Source: Octopus vulgaris (Eukaryota). Taken from it: a stretch of DNA of 64,000 bases. The translations under genes and the position numbers were made by a program. Of the stretch, positions 26,769-41,292 are shown one piece after another (position 1 is the first letter of the stretch; each line of letters starts with the position of its first letter). Under the pieces are notes generated by a model. The model had not been told where the DNA came from, did not search any database, and saw nothing but the letters and a program-made list of their open reading frames with translations. The DNA lies in NCBI GenBank assembly GCA_951406725.2, contig OX597815.1, positions 146,382,001 to 146,446,000 of the forward strand, written 5' to 3'.

Positions 26769-27011
26769 CTTCTCCTCCTCCTCCTCCTTCGTCTTCTTCT
26801 TCTTCTTCTTCTTCTTCTTCTTCTTCTTCTTCTTCTTCTTCATGTTATTATTGTTTCCGTTATTATTACCATTTCTCTTTCAACAAGCCGATCTTATGAC
26901 GATTATTTGATTCAGTGGTGTCGAGCTCATGTGACAACTGGGATTATCTTGATGCTGTTACGTGGTATTGAACGCCTTCGATTTATATTATTATTATTAT
27001 TGTTGTTGTTG

Positions 27012-27051
<40 letters not shown>

Positions 27052-27082
27052 CATCATCAACATTATTATTATCATTATTATT
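26318..27082. repeat. Cluster of (ATT/GTT)n and (TTC)n microsatellites with a degenerate SINE type B at about 26478-26635
   Basis: (TTC)n 26647-26841; gcagaatcgttagcacgc...gttcaaattctgccgcggtcgac...actggggtcgatgtaattgactt. Confidence 0.9.
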
Positions 27083-28458
27083 CATATCAGTTTTGCATGT
27101 CAATCTTATCAACGAATTATTAGGTTCAGATATTCTAATGATTTTCCAAAAGTTACCGGAAGAATAGAGAATATTGATTTCGCCAACATCCCCTATCTGG
27201 ATAACATTTTCCTAAATCTCACAATCTCTAAACCATTTGCATTGACAGTCTGACAAGTTTTCGCATTTCAAAATGGGTTAATGCACGCTGGCATGTCACA
27301 GTGTCGTTTCAGTTCGCTGGCACCATCGAGGGATGTTCATTTGTTATTTTTTGTCTCCTTGAATTGTAATGGCTTTATATGACATATAGCAATTCTAAAC
27401 ACACCGTATGTGTCATGTACTACAATGACATTGTTCTTTCTTATTTCACAAAGACAGATTCTACTAGGATATTAAACAACGTGTTATTTTGAATATAAGA
27501 AATACTAACCGTTGGAAGAAGCAATTTTCGAAATAAATTTTTGTTAATGGGTTTGTGACAGAAAGAACGTCATTTCCCATGGTCATATCCAGATACATCT
27601 GAATTGTAGCAGAAATAGAGGAAAAATTTGCAGAAACGGGTAACTTGAGACACATGCTTAGCAAGTGAACTTCGCTAAAACAACATAAACTCGGAAATTG
27701 TAACATTTTTTCTGAAACTCTTAAAATTTTCGAAAATAATTTGTGGTTGGGCCATAGATAAGGGCAGGGTAAGATGAGATTTTTCAGTGCTTCAGAAGCC
27801 AGTGGCTGGGATAGGGATTTGAATATGAAGCAAATAGAACTCTGCAAAATCCACCCAAGGACAAAGTGATGTATTAAACCATGTCACGAATTAAGTCTAT
27901 CACACAAGAACAGGTTCATCAGTTATACGTAGGCTTGAAATCATGGGAGAAAACAATTTGCCTAAAGTGGCCCGCACTGTGTTCGAACAAGAAACCCCGT
28001 AAGTGGACACCTTAAAAATACAGTCTATGTGACATTGAATCTAATGTAACTATTTATAACCCTATGACTCTATATCAAGCCACTGACCTGTTCTCTATAT
28101 TTTTATATTCTGGTCTTAAGGTAGCATTTGCACAGATGTGGGCACATACAAATTAATAAAATTGGAATGTGCTACATGCGTTCCATGTAGGTTTCATACT
28201 TCAAACAACGAGAATATATAAAATATAAAATACCAGTAAAATACGGTACATTATTCAATTCAATATACCTTCTCCTTAGACATGTGAACCTGTGTTATCG
28301 TGCCGGAAAAAATGCTAAACAGCCTTTCGCTCGTCTTTACCGTCTGTTATAATCACTATTATCGATTCTTAGGAATGACATCTGTAAATTCTCACCACAC
28401 TCAAATCACATATTTTAATACACACACACACAAATGGACAGACAGACACGAACACACA

Positions 28459-28502
<44 letters not shown>

Positions 28503-29664
28503 CACATCTGTAACACATCTACGGTAATGTCAAAGAAGGTTACGGATGTTAAGTAGGAATTGTTGGAATTTACTGAGTAAATTCTTTCGAAGAAGAACAA
28601 AACAATATTCAGATTTTCTTTATTATTGATATAATCTCTATTGAAATTCTTCCTGAAATTGCTGTTGTAATTAGTTGTGAGACTATTTTCAGTTCTAGTA
28701 GTCAGTCTCTATATATGTCCATGTTTATTTCAGAATATTTGTCTCGTATATTACGACCACGTGTAAACTGTATGACTTTGTTACAAATTCTAACACACCT
28801 TTGCTATTAAGGTCAAATGATGCAGTTTATTAGCTTAACATCAAACAAGTATTAGAATGATAAAACTAAAATATACAAACGGTTCCTCGGATGTTGCTGA
28901 CGATGAGTATTTCACGTGCTCCATTAAAGCCTGATTGTCTATTGAATGAATCATTGTCTACGAAACTAGGTGTGCCATCGTGGAATTAAAGACGTTCTGA
29001 AGCAGAATGAACAGAATGAACTGTGAAACAAAGTAACCATTGTTAGACTTTTATTCGTAAATCTAATCTGAGAGGTTTCTAAAGAATTTCCATCACCTGT
29101 TTTACTCTGAAGATTTGCATCGATTCGAGAGAAAAGAGAAAGATACTTGGCCAAGATTATATTGAATCTGAGACATCATAATTGCAGAAAGATCTTCATA
29201 AGTATGTGAGAACGATTTCAACAATTCTGATACTCCCCTCTATAGGTACACATACACACGAAGAGATGTGTGCACAAACTTTGCACAATGAACACTAGTC
29301 TTATTTGTATAAGCAACAAGTTACAATACCAATTATTGTCCACATTATTGCTGTCTGTTTCTCAGTCTCTCTTTCTCTTTCCACATACACGCGTACACAC
29401 AAACACACACACACACACACAGACACACACACACACACACACACACGCACACTCACACACACACACACACAAAGCAAAGCAAAAACGCGTTAAATACGTT
29501 TCTCCAGGGACAATCTCTGCCGCCATACTTTTAGCCTGACTGTCGTTGTTTTCTTTGTAAACGCCTTTAACATCTCTCTCTCTCTCTCCCGCCAGACATA
29601 TATATATGAATAGATAGACAGATAAAGAGAAAGAGAGAGATATAAGATAGATACATGGACAGAT

Positions 29665-29731
<67 letters not shown>

Positions 29732-30040
29732 GAGACTTTACAAAGCTGTCTCCGACTTTTCATCCATGCAATATGTAAGCACATCTATCGACATTTCGTC
29801 AAGTAGTAATGTCTTAAAAACATAAACAGAAAATTAACAGCAGACTTTTTTTCCTACTACGTGTTCCATCACCTAAACTACTTCTTCCCTCTATACTTCA
29901 ATGATCGTGAAACAATCTTATATTAACCTTGACGATATAGGATTACCGAACATTCATAATCCCATTGCATTGCAAAAGCAAAACATGTTTGAATCTCTGC
30001 ATTGTAAACAACACATATCTTCCATTTAGGCTGACGTGTT

Positions 30041-30079
<39 letters not shown>

Positions 30080-30167
30080 ATGCGATTTTGTATTTACAAC
30101 AGTTGTGTGAGATATAACTGTCAATAGTAAGAACGATGTATTGACATGATTTACTTACAGTGGTAGA

Positions 30168-30235
<68 letters not shown>

Positions 30236-30460
30236 CAATAATGATTCTGTGCAGTCTCGCAATCACCAGCAGCGACAACAACAGCTTCTTTTTGGTCATT
30301 GCCTTCTTTGACGACTCCTTGTTCGTTTGTTTTCACCACCACCTTCTTCTTCTTCTTCTTCTTCTTCTTCTTCTTCTTCTTCTTCTTCTTCTTCTTCTTC
30401 TTCTTCTTCTTCTTCTTCTTCTTCTTCTTCTTCTTCTTCTTCTCCTTCTTCTTTTTCTTC
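30168..30460. repeat. (AAT)n and (TTC)n microsatellites
   Basis: Read directly. Confidence 0.95.
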
Positions 30461-31048
30461 GTCCTCTCACCTTTCATTTTGTCCAATTCTACTTACTTGA
30501 ATGTAAGGTGGAATGTTTCATTTAAGTAAACACAATCGATACTTATAATTAAAAATGATCAACTTGGGCTACTACAATAATTACTTTCAATATACATATA
30601 TATTACAAACCAATTATAAGTTCAATGCCTTACTCCAACTACTGCTACATTATCAAACACAATAAGTTCCTGAACTCTGCAACCATCCATCCATCCAATA
30701 TGTTTGTCTCTTGATCAGTCAACTTCTCAATTAACATTCCATTCATTATACCAACCACTCATCCGAGGTCTTACTAAATATGCAACAATGAAACCAACGT
30801 GAGTCTATAATTTCCCTTCAGCCACAACTGTGTGTCATTTCTACGCTTTCATTGTTTTTCTCAAATAAATTTTCCCCTTGAATCTCTCTCTCTCTCTCTG
30901 TGCCTCTTTTTCACTTATCTATTCTGTTACTTTCTGTTTTTCTCTCTCAAAGTTTTTTCTCTAAAACTCAATCTCTATTTCTTAACAACTCACACTCTCT
31001 CTCTATCTCTCTCTGTCTCTCTCCCTCTGTCTGTCTGTCTGTCTGTCT

Positions 31049-31083
<35 letters not shown>

Positions 31084-33299
31084 ACTTCCCTATTTCTGTT
31101 TTTCATTTCACACGCTATTACCTCTATCTGTCTTTCTCTAATCTCATCCCACTATCTCTCATAGTTTGCTTGTTTCCCCTAGTTGTCAGGGTGAAGAAAT
31201 CAATGTTTGTGTAACGTTTTCCCGATATTTTTCTTGATGTACAAAATAAAGTCATTCGAAAATTTTGCGAGTATACAATTTAGCTTCACTGAGGACATCT
31301 AATACAGCTGAGTTCCTGTAATTTCCATAGATTGGGCTCATTTCTCAAGCCATGTATCACATTAATTTTTTAATTAATTTACATTTGAATTTGTCTCCCT
31401 TACCTTCTTTGACAAGAATTCCCATTAACGCTAAAGATGCCTCTATTTTCTATGGTTGTAATTTTAAATGATGAATCATATCTACAGGCTCAGAACTTTG
31501 TTAACTTCACTTAACTGTATGAACTTCATGCAGGAAACATCCTTAGGGAAATTTCCTATGTCATGTATTCAGTTACGCTCTTTTGTGTCTTAAATTTAAA
31601 TGATGCCGCAGTTGATTTTCAAATCCCATTGGTTTTATAAACACAAGTTCCGGTCAACTAATGGATATCAAACAAAATAAATGCATCCCTAGTCTTAAGT
31701 GTTTGGCATTGTACCAAGTTTAGAATCGTTATTTGTGTATATGATTGCAGTCTGTGGCGTGCATTAATATATTTGCTTTAAGTAATTTTATACAGAATGA
31801 GCGGCTATATATAACCACGTGAGTAAAATAGTGATCACTCTCAATACGTTTCTAGACTGCTCACAAACATTAACTGTCGCCACTATGACATTAATTCTCA
31901 GGTTGATTGGAGCATTAAAAATTCTTTTAAACCATTAAATCAAATACTGCAACAGAGGCACTCAATGCATTAAGTCTACGGCCGAGAAGTGTAATCTATA
32001 TGTACGTCGTCGTATGTACAGTTTTCTGAGTGACACTTCGAAAAAGAGGGATTTGAGAAAATATTGCTTTTGTGTATGTGTAAAGCCGAGAAAAGAAATA
32101 TAAAATTTAGGAAAATCTCATTATAATCAGTATAGCAAACACTATACTGATTGCTATACAGTTAAATTGAGTAACCCTTCTTTGCTTAAATGCTTGTAAC
32201 AGTATTCGTTCTGTTAATGTCAGAATCACTATATTGCCAGGATGCTATATAATATTTGTTTGAGCGCTTTGTATGCAAACACCGTACCTCCATTCGTCCC
32301 TAAATGTTTAAGGAAAATATAAGTATTTCTAAAGTACTTCGGCCTATATAATTGATTACAAATGAGAAGTTGCATATCCTGGGGCAGTCCGGCATTGTCT
32401 TCTATTTCGATTTGCCAACTCTTGCCTTGATCCTGACACCAAGATATAATGGTCCTTGACGTTTTTAAGGTAACATCGATAGAATGATGTGAGGGGACCT
32501 GAGACATTGGAAATTGATCTCTCATGAAATTTTGCCCGGGACTGTCTCCTAGAAAGAACATTCCCGTGTAGCCTTAAAATGAATTCCTAAGACGATTTCA
32601 AGCAGCATTCTACCTGTACAGTTTCATGCTTGCAATAGACATTTTGATGCCAAAGAAAGAACTGAGTTTCATATACTAAATTAAGAATTATTTTTCCAAA
32701 ATCAATAACTAAGAAGAGCTAAACTTACTCCTAGTTTTTTCAAAGATAATTGCAGAGCAACATTGAAAATAGAACGGTTTTATATATCAGTTCACTTGCA
32801 CTATTATACGAAATTAAAATAATTATATATTCGGTATATTCCGTTTATTATTTATGAGATAGAGTATCCCATAATTACTATTGCCATCTAATTATCCGTG
32901 AACTACTGCAGATAAATAGTCAATCCTTGCGTATTCGGCGATGGTTATCCATCAATGGTTATGCAGTCATATTGATTTTATTGTTTTGAGATATGGAATA
33001 CGTCAGGTAATTTGGTACCCGAATATGTTTCTAGCAGATATTTTGCCGACTCAGGGAGATAAACAAAAGTATAAATAAATCGAATTGATGTTGATTTAAA
33101 GTTAAAATTTAAATTTAAACTGTAACTTAATAGGTAAAGAACAACGTCTGACTCATTAACAATTATTGCACTCTACGGTCCTCTCCCGTGATATGTATGT
33201 TATATCGATTTTGGAAACGGATGTCTTGTATCTAATCATGAATTATATAACATCAAAAGGACGGCATATCGAGAACAGTTATCAATATAACGTAGAAGG

Positions 33300-33500
33300 A
33301 GGACACGAGATAATGATGAAGCCTCCAAGTGGTCCGATCGAACGGCCTACCAGAAATAGGAATCAAATCTCCCTCAAATTATGCTACACTATTACAGGAC
33401 ATATTCGATAATGTAGCCTAGCATTCTTATAAAAAGACCGAATGGTAACGGTTAGAATTCTTTTCATCATATATTTACTCAACGAGGATAGAACTGAAGA
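33300..33500 (+). repeat. Old dispersed repeat (related fragments near 4770, 11706 and 58216)
   Basis: Shared motif cct.c.agaaatag...aaatctc.ct.aaattat at about 33345 and 58216; weaker matches elsewhere. Confidence 0.45.
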
Positions 33501-33889
33501 TAAAAGTCAGCAGCTTGAATGATGACGACGGCAGCAACAACAACAAAACAACAGTAAAGACAAAACAAAAGTAAAAACAAGAATAACATCTTGGTCTTCT
33601 ATTATACCACTAAAACAAAAAACCTGCCCATTTCTAGAAATAGTTTTATATTTATATGGACTATTCCAATAAACATATATATAAATCACACCAATAAATA
33701 TTACATTTTATACTGACATTTATCAAAAAAATATATTTAAATAGAATATATTTTCTGGCAGAATTCCCATTCCTGTATAATAAATGGATATGCAGTAGCA
33801 GCCAGTGATTATATATATCTTTGCTTTATAACAGTTAATCCATCCATCCATCCGTCCGTCCATCCATCCGTACATATATACATACACAC

Positions 33890-33943
<54 letters not shown>

Positions 33944-34817
33944 GTCAGCGCATTTGGTATATGTTTTCACAGCAGTATTGCGAAGTTACATTTAAAATAG
34001 TTTGTAACAAGACATTGCTTCGAACAATTTAGCGCTTACTGTCAAAATCTAAGAAGACTTTTGCAGCCTTAAGGCATCTCTAATAATTAAAACTAAATTC
34101 TATTCTTCACGATGGTTAGGTCATCAGAATAGCAGTCGCCTAACAAAAGGTATATTAAAACTGTCAGTCAGCTTTAGGGAGTGAACAAGACATTATCGCA
34201 TTTCCCACAGTCAATGTGGAGGAATGCTCAATGGATAAAATGTAGCGCTATGTACGATGACTTATGAATGAGAAAAAAATTACTTACCTTTGAGACTGAG
34301 TACGAATTAGAGACAACATCTAAAAAAAAAATAGAAACAAAAATATTAGTTGTTATTACGCATATATTATAATTCAGTAGAGTGACGTAAACATTAAAAC
34401 AATTATATCCTATTTTGTTTAACATGAAAATAGACTTTACATAACATCATATTGAGTCCGACAGCTACAGTGATAGTTACAACTACGAATGTTTGCTCGA
34501 GAATTGAATCTGATTATCCCTGTGTTCTGTAAGAAATCGTTAATTATATATTCTACTATATCCTTTAATTCTTTTAATACTCCCGGTATTTCTATGGAGT
34601 TTGACCTCGGGATATGAATTGCTCGTGCATATTAATCAATATCAAATATTTAAATTACAGTTTTTATTAAAAAAATTCAGACCTGAAACGTGGTTTTCAG
34701 TCAAAAGCATTGTAAGGAAACAGTTAAAGAGGCCACATAGTCCTCGGTGAAATACGAACACAGGATTCAAACTATTACGATTGATTCCTGTAAATAAAGT
34801 CAATTTTTTTCATTTGT

Positions 34818-35032
34818 TATTTATTTATTGTCCACAGGGGGCTAAACATAGAAGGGACAAACAAGGACAGACAAAAGGATTAAGTCGATTACAACGACCC
34901 CAGTGCGTGACTGGTACTTAATTTATCGACCCTGAAAGGATGAAAGGCAAATTTTAACTCAAAACATAAAGACAGACGAAATAACGCTAAGCATTTCGCC
35001 CGGCATACTAAAGTTTCTGCCAGCTCGCCGCC
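34818..35032 (-). mobile_element. SINE type B
   Basis: Reverse complement of 20243-20471 with a short deletion next to the B-box. Confidence 0.9.
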
Positions 35033-35486
35033 TTTACACACACATATATTGAACCAGAGTTATCTTGTGACCGAAATTCGCAAGCCGAAGACCATTACAA
35101 TACGATTTTGAGCGTGTATTTACATTCGTTAGTGCGACTGCAATTTCTTGTCTCTGTTCGTTAGTCAACAACTGTTCGCTGCTTGGTTTTTGTGATTCGT
35201 TATTGGTTATTTTTCGAGGGGGTGCTACATTTTTGCTTATTCATTCATTTTGCTTATCTGTTTAAAATTATTTAAAACAATAATTTGTTCAATTTTCTCT
35301 TATGTTTATTTTTTGTTTTAGTAATTTCGTTGCAAATATTAATGTTTTGGCTAAAATTGGGCTTTTTTTGAAAATAATTTTGCTTCAAAATGAATTAAAC
35401 TGTGAAACTGCTTAAGGACATACCAACTGCAAATAATGTTTCAGAACGGCAAGAAATTGAGGTGGCTCTTAGTGATATATCTTAAT

Positions 35487-35716
35487 GCTGTTTGTTTGTT
35501 TGTTTATTCTCGAGCCATGCTTGGCTCATAAGGGCCGTGTATAGGTTCCCCACCTGGACGGGACGCCGCGGTGTATGGGTTCCCCGCCGGCCCGTCGTAG
35601 GTGAGTGAGCTGGTAGATGCAGGAGGAAAGAGTGAGAGGAATTGTGGCGAAAGAGTCAGCAGAAGTCGCCATTAACAGCGTGGAGCTTAGATGTTTCGGT
35701 CATAAACACACACATC
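35487..35716 (-). mobile_element. SINE type D, 5'-truncated
   Basis: Reverse complement of about 48995-49226 (cttctgctgactctttcg.cacaa...). Confidence 0.85.
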
Positions 35717-36562
35717 AGCTGTAACTATCTTTTGTGATGTTTCTTTTGAACAGTTTATGATATATTCCGTGGTGAAATGCTTAATAAGTAGTATTAATGT
35801 GGTGTTTACTAGATTTAGGAACAATAGTAGCAGAATATTCTTACTGAAAATGCAATTTAAATTTCAGTTCCGATTTTCTTTTCAAGTTCTTTCACTTCTG
35901 CGAACTATGATGTTTACCAGCTTACTGAAACTAGTAACATAATTTAAAAGAAACAAGATCATAATTACTACACACTTGTAACACCACGACGCTTGGTTTG
36001 ATAATCTATATATATGAGTACAATTCATATCTGTGCTATCATAAAGAAAGAAACAGTATGAGCTGACTGTGGTATAGTGTACTAATATATGTGAATCGAT
36101 TAAAATATAGGATCGGTAAATATGCTAATGATCCCGGAGAGATGAAAGGTGAAATTCGACCAAGTGTAAAACAAACTTAAAGCAAAGATTGTTTAGTGTT
36201 ATTGGTGTTATTCAAGTAGTCCTATGATCAAAGGTATATTAGCTACAAACATCATGTATTTACAAAGTTCACGCGACAACAAAGAGTTTGCTTCATTATG
36301 AAGGTGACTATAGAGAAGCTGTTATAGTTGCTTACTCTCTGGATATTATCTGGTATTCGCCTAGATTTTCTTATGTGTATTTATATGAGAAGGTGGAAGT
36401 TGATGTTACTTGATGAGTTATAATATGACGGCCGCATTATTATTCAAACTTAAAACGCTCATGGAATTATTCTGTCCCACTTGTACCACAACACTTTACA
36501 GACATTGTTTGATATTAAATATATTATGAATATCATATATGACAAATTACTTAGATCGTTTA

Positions 36563-36607
<45 letters not shown>

Positions 36608-37231
36608 CTAAATTTTCTGAATCACGCAGTAATTATATTAATAGTAATTGAATTGCTTTCATATATTATATATGATGAATCTAGCGACAACTGAGATACC
36701 TACTCAACGGTTTTATATCGGTTTCAAGTTATTTGTTTAGAAGAGAAGGGTGTTTATGTGTTACACCAACGTTATCTATAGGAGATGCGTATTTTCACTT
36801 GGCATAGAAGTAAAAACAGCTAAGGCACTAATTTTCAACAGATTAAATATCATTGGCAAGTCTTATTGTTTACGCTTAATTACTGGCCAATTACGAAAGA
36901 AAGTATTAATTTTCCATTATATTATTAAGCTGTATCCTTTGAGGTTTCTTGCTCATAATTTTCTCTCTTTTTCCAAGCTCCAAGTATCTTAGAAGAAAGT
37001 CAGAAGAGAAGGAGCAAGCGCTTGCAGCAAAAATCGTCTACATTGTTTTACTTACTGTTGTGCCACCCAGTGAGGGTGCCATATCGGGTGGTGTATTTCT
37101 TTTACTACGCCAGAACGGTCACTAAGGTATATATCTACTGTTGCCAGACTAATAACATCGACTGGTGTGGCTATAATTAACATAACTACTATTGTAATTT
37201 CTCTCTCCCCCTCCCCCCTCTCTCTCTATAC

Positions 37232-37283
<52 letters not shown>

Positions 37284-37825
37284 ATTTATATATATTCCAA
37301 TTAAGTTTATCTTAATCCTTTTGATGCAATCCTACTTTATATTGTTTTCTCCCCTATCTTTTTTCCCTTTCTCTCTCTCTCTCTCTCCCTTTTCTCTTTC
37401 TCTCTCTCTCTCTCGTTGCTCACATGTCACCATCGTCCATCTTTCTTTTCCTCGTGTGGTCATCGTTCTTTACCTTCATGACTGTCCAAAGGACTGGGCG
37501 TATTCTACCCCTCTCTTCCATCTTTTCTCTTAATCAAAGAAAATATTCCTCCAGCGTTCGCTATTTTACCCTCGTCATGGTCTAACGTCATGTTTTCGTT
37601 CGGTTTCCTTGTATGTCTCCGCTATACTATTTTTGTTCCAAACTTTGACCTTCCATAATTCCAAAATATTGGCTCACATTGTCGTTCAACGCGCGAAATG
37701 AGGACTAGGTAGACAGCCGACAACTGATGAAGGGTCGTTCTTTGTGTTACTTGTCCGGTTTTCTATTTGTTTCTCTCGTTGTTTGCATCGTATGGGACTA
37801 ATCTTTTTCGTATTTCATGTCGTAA

Positions 37826-37870
<45 letters not shown>

Positions 37871-38105
37871 ATAAAGAATCATAAGAGTGTTTAGGTCATT
37901 ATAAATGACGTAGTGTCATTGTGTTATTGGTTGTGTTATTATTACTATCAACCATAAATGTAAAAACGGTAAGTTAGAATTTGAAATCCCGTTTGAGTAG
38001 CGTTGTGATGGTAAATTAAAGATGTTTCTCCTTTTTGTAACAGAAAATTATTAGTTACTGATATATACTGGAGGAGTTAGCGTAATTGTATAAAGAAGAT
38101 GCCAA

Positions 38106-38136
<31 letters not shown>

Positions 38137-38818
38137 AAATAGGTAATTTCAACAGTCTACGACAACTGTAAGTATGTTGTTAACGCTGCCATTGTATGTA
38201 TGCATGTATGTGCGTGTTTGTTGCCTGTTATGTGTTTACTACGCTTTCACCATTTTGTCTTCAAATTTTGGACTTGAATATAATCGCTTATATATTCATA
38301 ATGAAACGTGTGTGTGCATGCGCGCGCGTATTTGTGTGTGAATGTTGTTTTTTGCTAGAAATTAAATGACATATACTTTCTTTATATTTTATTTCTTCTA
38401 TGTCGTATTTGTGACGAGGTTGTTTTTGTCATTCGTAACAAAGTCATTAGAAACTTAAATATTCATTTCACATGAATTCGCTTATGAATAATTTAATTTC
38501 ATTTCAGTTTTCTAAATTCATAAATGACACGATTAATAAAAGCGATAGCTGAGCTGTCAGTCGCAAACAATTATGACCTGATCACTTGTACAGCGTCTGG
38601 AGTAATTAATTTAGGAGTTCATATATTCGTGCGACAACATTCATTCGGTACACGTGACACAGCTGAACAATTGTCGTGAGAATCGAGGATGCATATTCTG
38701 GAGGAAGAGAGAGCTGTTCCAGTACTAGGCCGGTGCTCATTTTCAGGCGACTAACCTTGAGCATTGCAAAAAATGCGGAACCCGACTCAAGAATCGAACG
38801 AATGACATTATGACCACC

Positions 38819-39038
38819 TATTTCTTTACTACCCACAAGGGGCTAAACACAGAGGGGACAAACAAGGACAGACATAGGTATTAAGTCGATTTTATCGACC
38901 CCAGTGCGTAACTGGTACTTAATTTATCGACCCCGAATGGATGAAAGGCAAAGTCGGTCCCGGCGGAATTTGAACTCGGAACGTAACAACAGACGAAATA
39001 CGGCTACGCATTTCGCCCGGCATGCTAATATTTCTGCC
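38819..39038 (-). mobile_element. SINE type B with 15-bp target-site duplication, nested in an older SINE-like relic
   Basis: Flanks gacattatgaccacc (38804-38818) and gacattaagaccacc (39039-39053). Host has a minus-strand B-box-like gttcgattc. Confidence 0.92.
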
Positions 39039-39937
39039 GACATTAAGACCACCGTCTCAACAACCTGACTGGCAAGTCATGTGCTGTCATGAGCAGTAGT
39101 AACGGGTGAGTGAAGAATTCCTGCATGAATGAAAGTATCGGCTGCATGTTATTGAAGTCCAAAAGAAAACCTCGATCGACAACATCATCCTCTTCAGAAA
39201 GTATGAATTAGAGCGACCATATTTATTATGAAATCATAACAGCTACGCGCAAATATAACGAAGACACGAAAGAGTAGTTAAGGATCCAAATTCAATGCTT
39301 AACAACTCAGTCAACTGTCTTTAATATTTCTTCGCATAAAGAAAACACGTGTGTGGGTGATTTTCGATTGACGTATATTCTGTTGAATCCCATGGAAAGA
39401 ACTATAATTATATTTCAAAGGTTCAAACTTGTCACATTCTGTCACGTTCATTCTGTTTACAGGTACATGTGTCTTTGGAATACGTTTCGCATGATAATCC
39501 GAAGAGTACGTCAAGTTGAGCGAATAATCTGATGCTTGTACATTGACCTCCATAGGAGGATCTCTCTGCACTTTCCTACCATTCCAGTCACTTATCAGTT
39601 CAATAAAAGGCAACGTCATTTTCTGTAAGTCTTTCAGTTTAGGTGCTTCATCCTCATACATCCTCAAAGTTCGGAATTGAGACCTACTTCTATTCTGTTA
39701 ACGCATGCATTCACACTCCCAACACATACATGTGTCATACCCAGTGTTATGGCTATCGTCTATACTGCCATGATAAATGTATGGGACAGCTAAAAAGCGC
39801 AGAGGGTGCAGCAGCTGCAGTTTGCACTCTCTCAGTTAAAGTATTATAATATATGTGTGTGTATGTATGTATCTCTCTCTCCCTCTTTCTTTCTCGCTCT
39901 CTCTCTGTCTCTCTCTCACGCTGACCGCGTGTGTACC

Positions 39938-40122
39938 GTTGGCAAATTTTTTCCCTCTGTCTTCCCTTCTCTGGATCTTTCCTTCCCCTATGTTTCCGAC
40001 GAAGAGCTCCGCTCGAAACGTTAAACCCTCCTTCTTTCCTTCTTTCCTGAACGTCCAATAATACTATATTTGTTCCACGTCCTCGCGTTGTTGTGTTTTT
40101 TGTGCTTTCTTGTTTGGATTAA
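39938..40122 (+). mobile_element. Family P2 hammerhead-bearing short element (variant ribozyme 39992-40026)
   Basis: GTTT-CCGACGA-A-GAGC-tcc-GCTC-GAAACGTT-AAAC; homologous to 47564-47752; 3' end abuts TA repeats. Confidence 0.78.
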
Positions 40123-40484
40123 CTATATATACATATATATATACGTACATATATATATATCTGTATGTATGTATGTACATACATATAGGCCTTACATAGT
40201 GTTTATAATGTGTCAGCAGCTGTTAGCGCTGGAATATTTTCAAACCCAAATTCAAATAGTACAAAGCCTATCTATAGATCAAATAAGATTGTAAATACAT
40301 TCTCTATACTATAGGTGCTTTTTATACATCTAATTTGCATAGTTTGTGCATAAATCGTTAATGCTGTAACAAAGAGTGTCCTGGGCTAACTACCACAATT
40401 ATAGGCTACATTCATACATACATACAAACACATTGGGTGGTTTTTCACGTCCGTATATTTGTACGTACGTATTTATGTATATAC

Positions 40485-40533
<49 letters not shown>

Positions 40534-40546
40534 AATATATGCATAC

Positions 40547-40595
<49 letters not shown>

Positions 40596-40596
40596 C

Positions 40597-40629
<33 letters not shown>

Positions 40630-40641
40630 CATAAATATATG

Positions 40642-40685
<44 letters not shown>

Positions 40686-40689
40686 CACA

Positions 40690-40860
40690 CACATACCACA
40701 TGTTTCATTCAATTTCTGTCGACCAGATCCATTCATATGTCTCTGGTCTGCCGAACGATATAGTAGAAAGCACTTGCCCAACTTGCCCAAGGTGCCATGG
40801 AGTGGGACTGAATCCTGGACGATGAAGTTGGAAAGCACACTTCTTAATATATAGCCACGT
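40690..40860 (-). mobile_element. SINE type A, 5' half
   Basis: tatagtagaa...acttgcccaaggtgccatggagtgggactgaa is the reverse complement of the type A head and core. Confidence 0.85.
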
Positions 40861-41158
40861 CATTCTTGTGTATATATGTACGTACGTATGCATGTGTACG
40901 TGTATGTATGTACATCCTTCTTCAGTTTTATTTCAAGATTTCTTGCCTATAGGGAGAGAGGTGGTATGTAAGCATATACATAGTGAACGCAGTGAACAAA
41001 ACCCTGAAAAGAGAATTTTGGAGAGAAAACTTTTTAACAATTAACTTAGTTTGACGATTGAAAGTTAAGGGGAAAGTGTCTGATCGTTACACACACGCGC
41101 GCGCGCGCACACACACATATATCTGTATACATATAAAACAGTCTGTGTGCTTCGAAGA

Positions 41159-41292
41159 ATGTCTAAATACAAGAAGGGTCAGTGAAATAGTCAACATTGA
41201 CAAGTGACCCTTAAAGACAATATCGCATTCAGGTCTGATACACTGACATTTTCATTACAAACTGAAACCTGTACTTGCCAACGTATCAGTAA
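41159..41292 (+). repeat. Direct repeat, copy 1 (copy 2 at 47261-47398)
   Basis: aagaagggtcagtga...acccttaaag.caat.tcgcattca...cactgacattttcatta...aactgaaa.ctgta is shared by both. Confidence 0.85.

Noticed and set aside
27230-27282. taaaccatttg...caaaatgggttaa, resembling a tiny piggyBac-like end pair
   Set aside because: The left end lacks TTAA/CCC and the match is too short to exceed chance.
38606-38836. 76-aa ORF with protein-like composition
   Set aside because: It begins inside the SINE B tail and runs through an older SINE-like relic with a B-box-like motif.
40480-40690. Tandem duplications inside TA tracts (also 11136-11592 and 46513-46724)
   Set aside because: Explained by slippage or unequal exchange, or by assembly error in low-complexity DNA; no independent signal of function.
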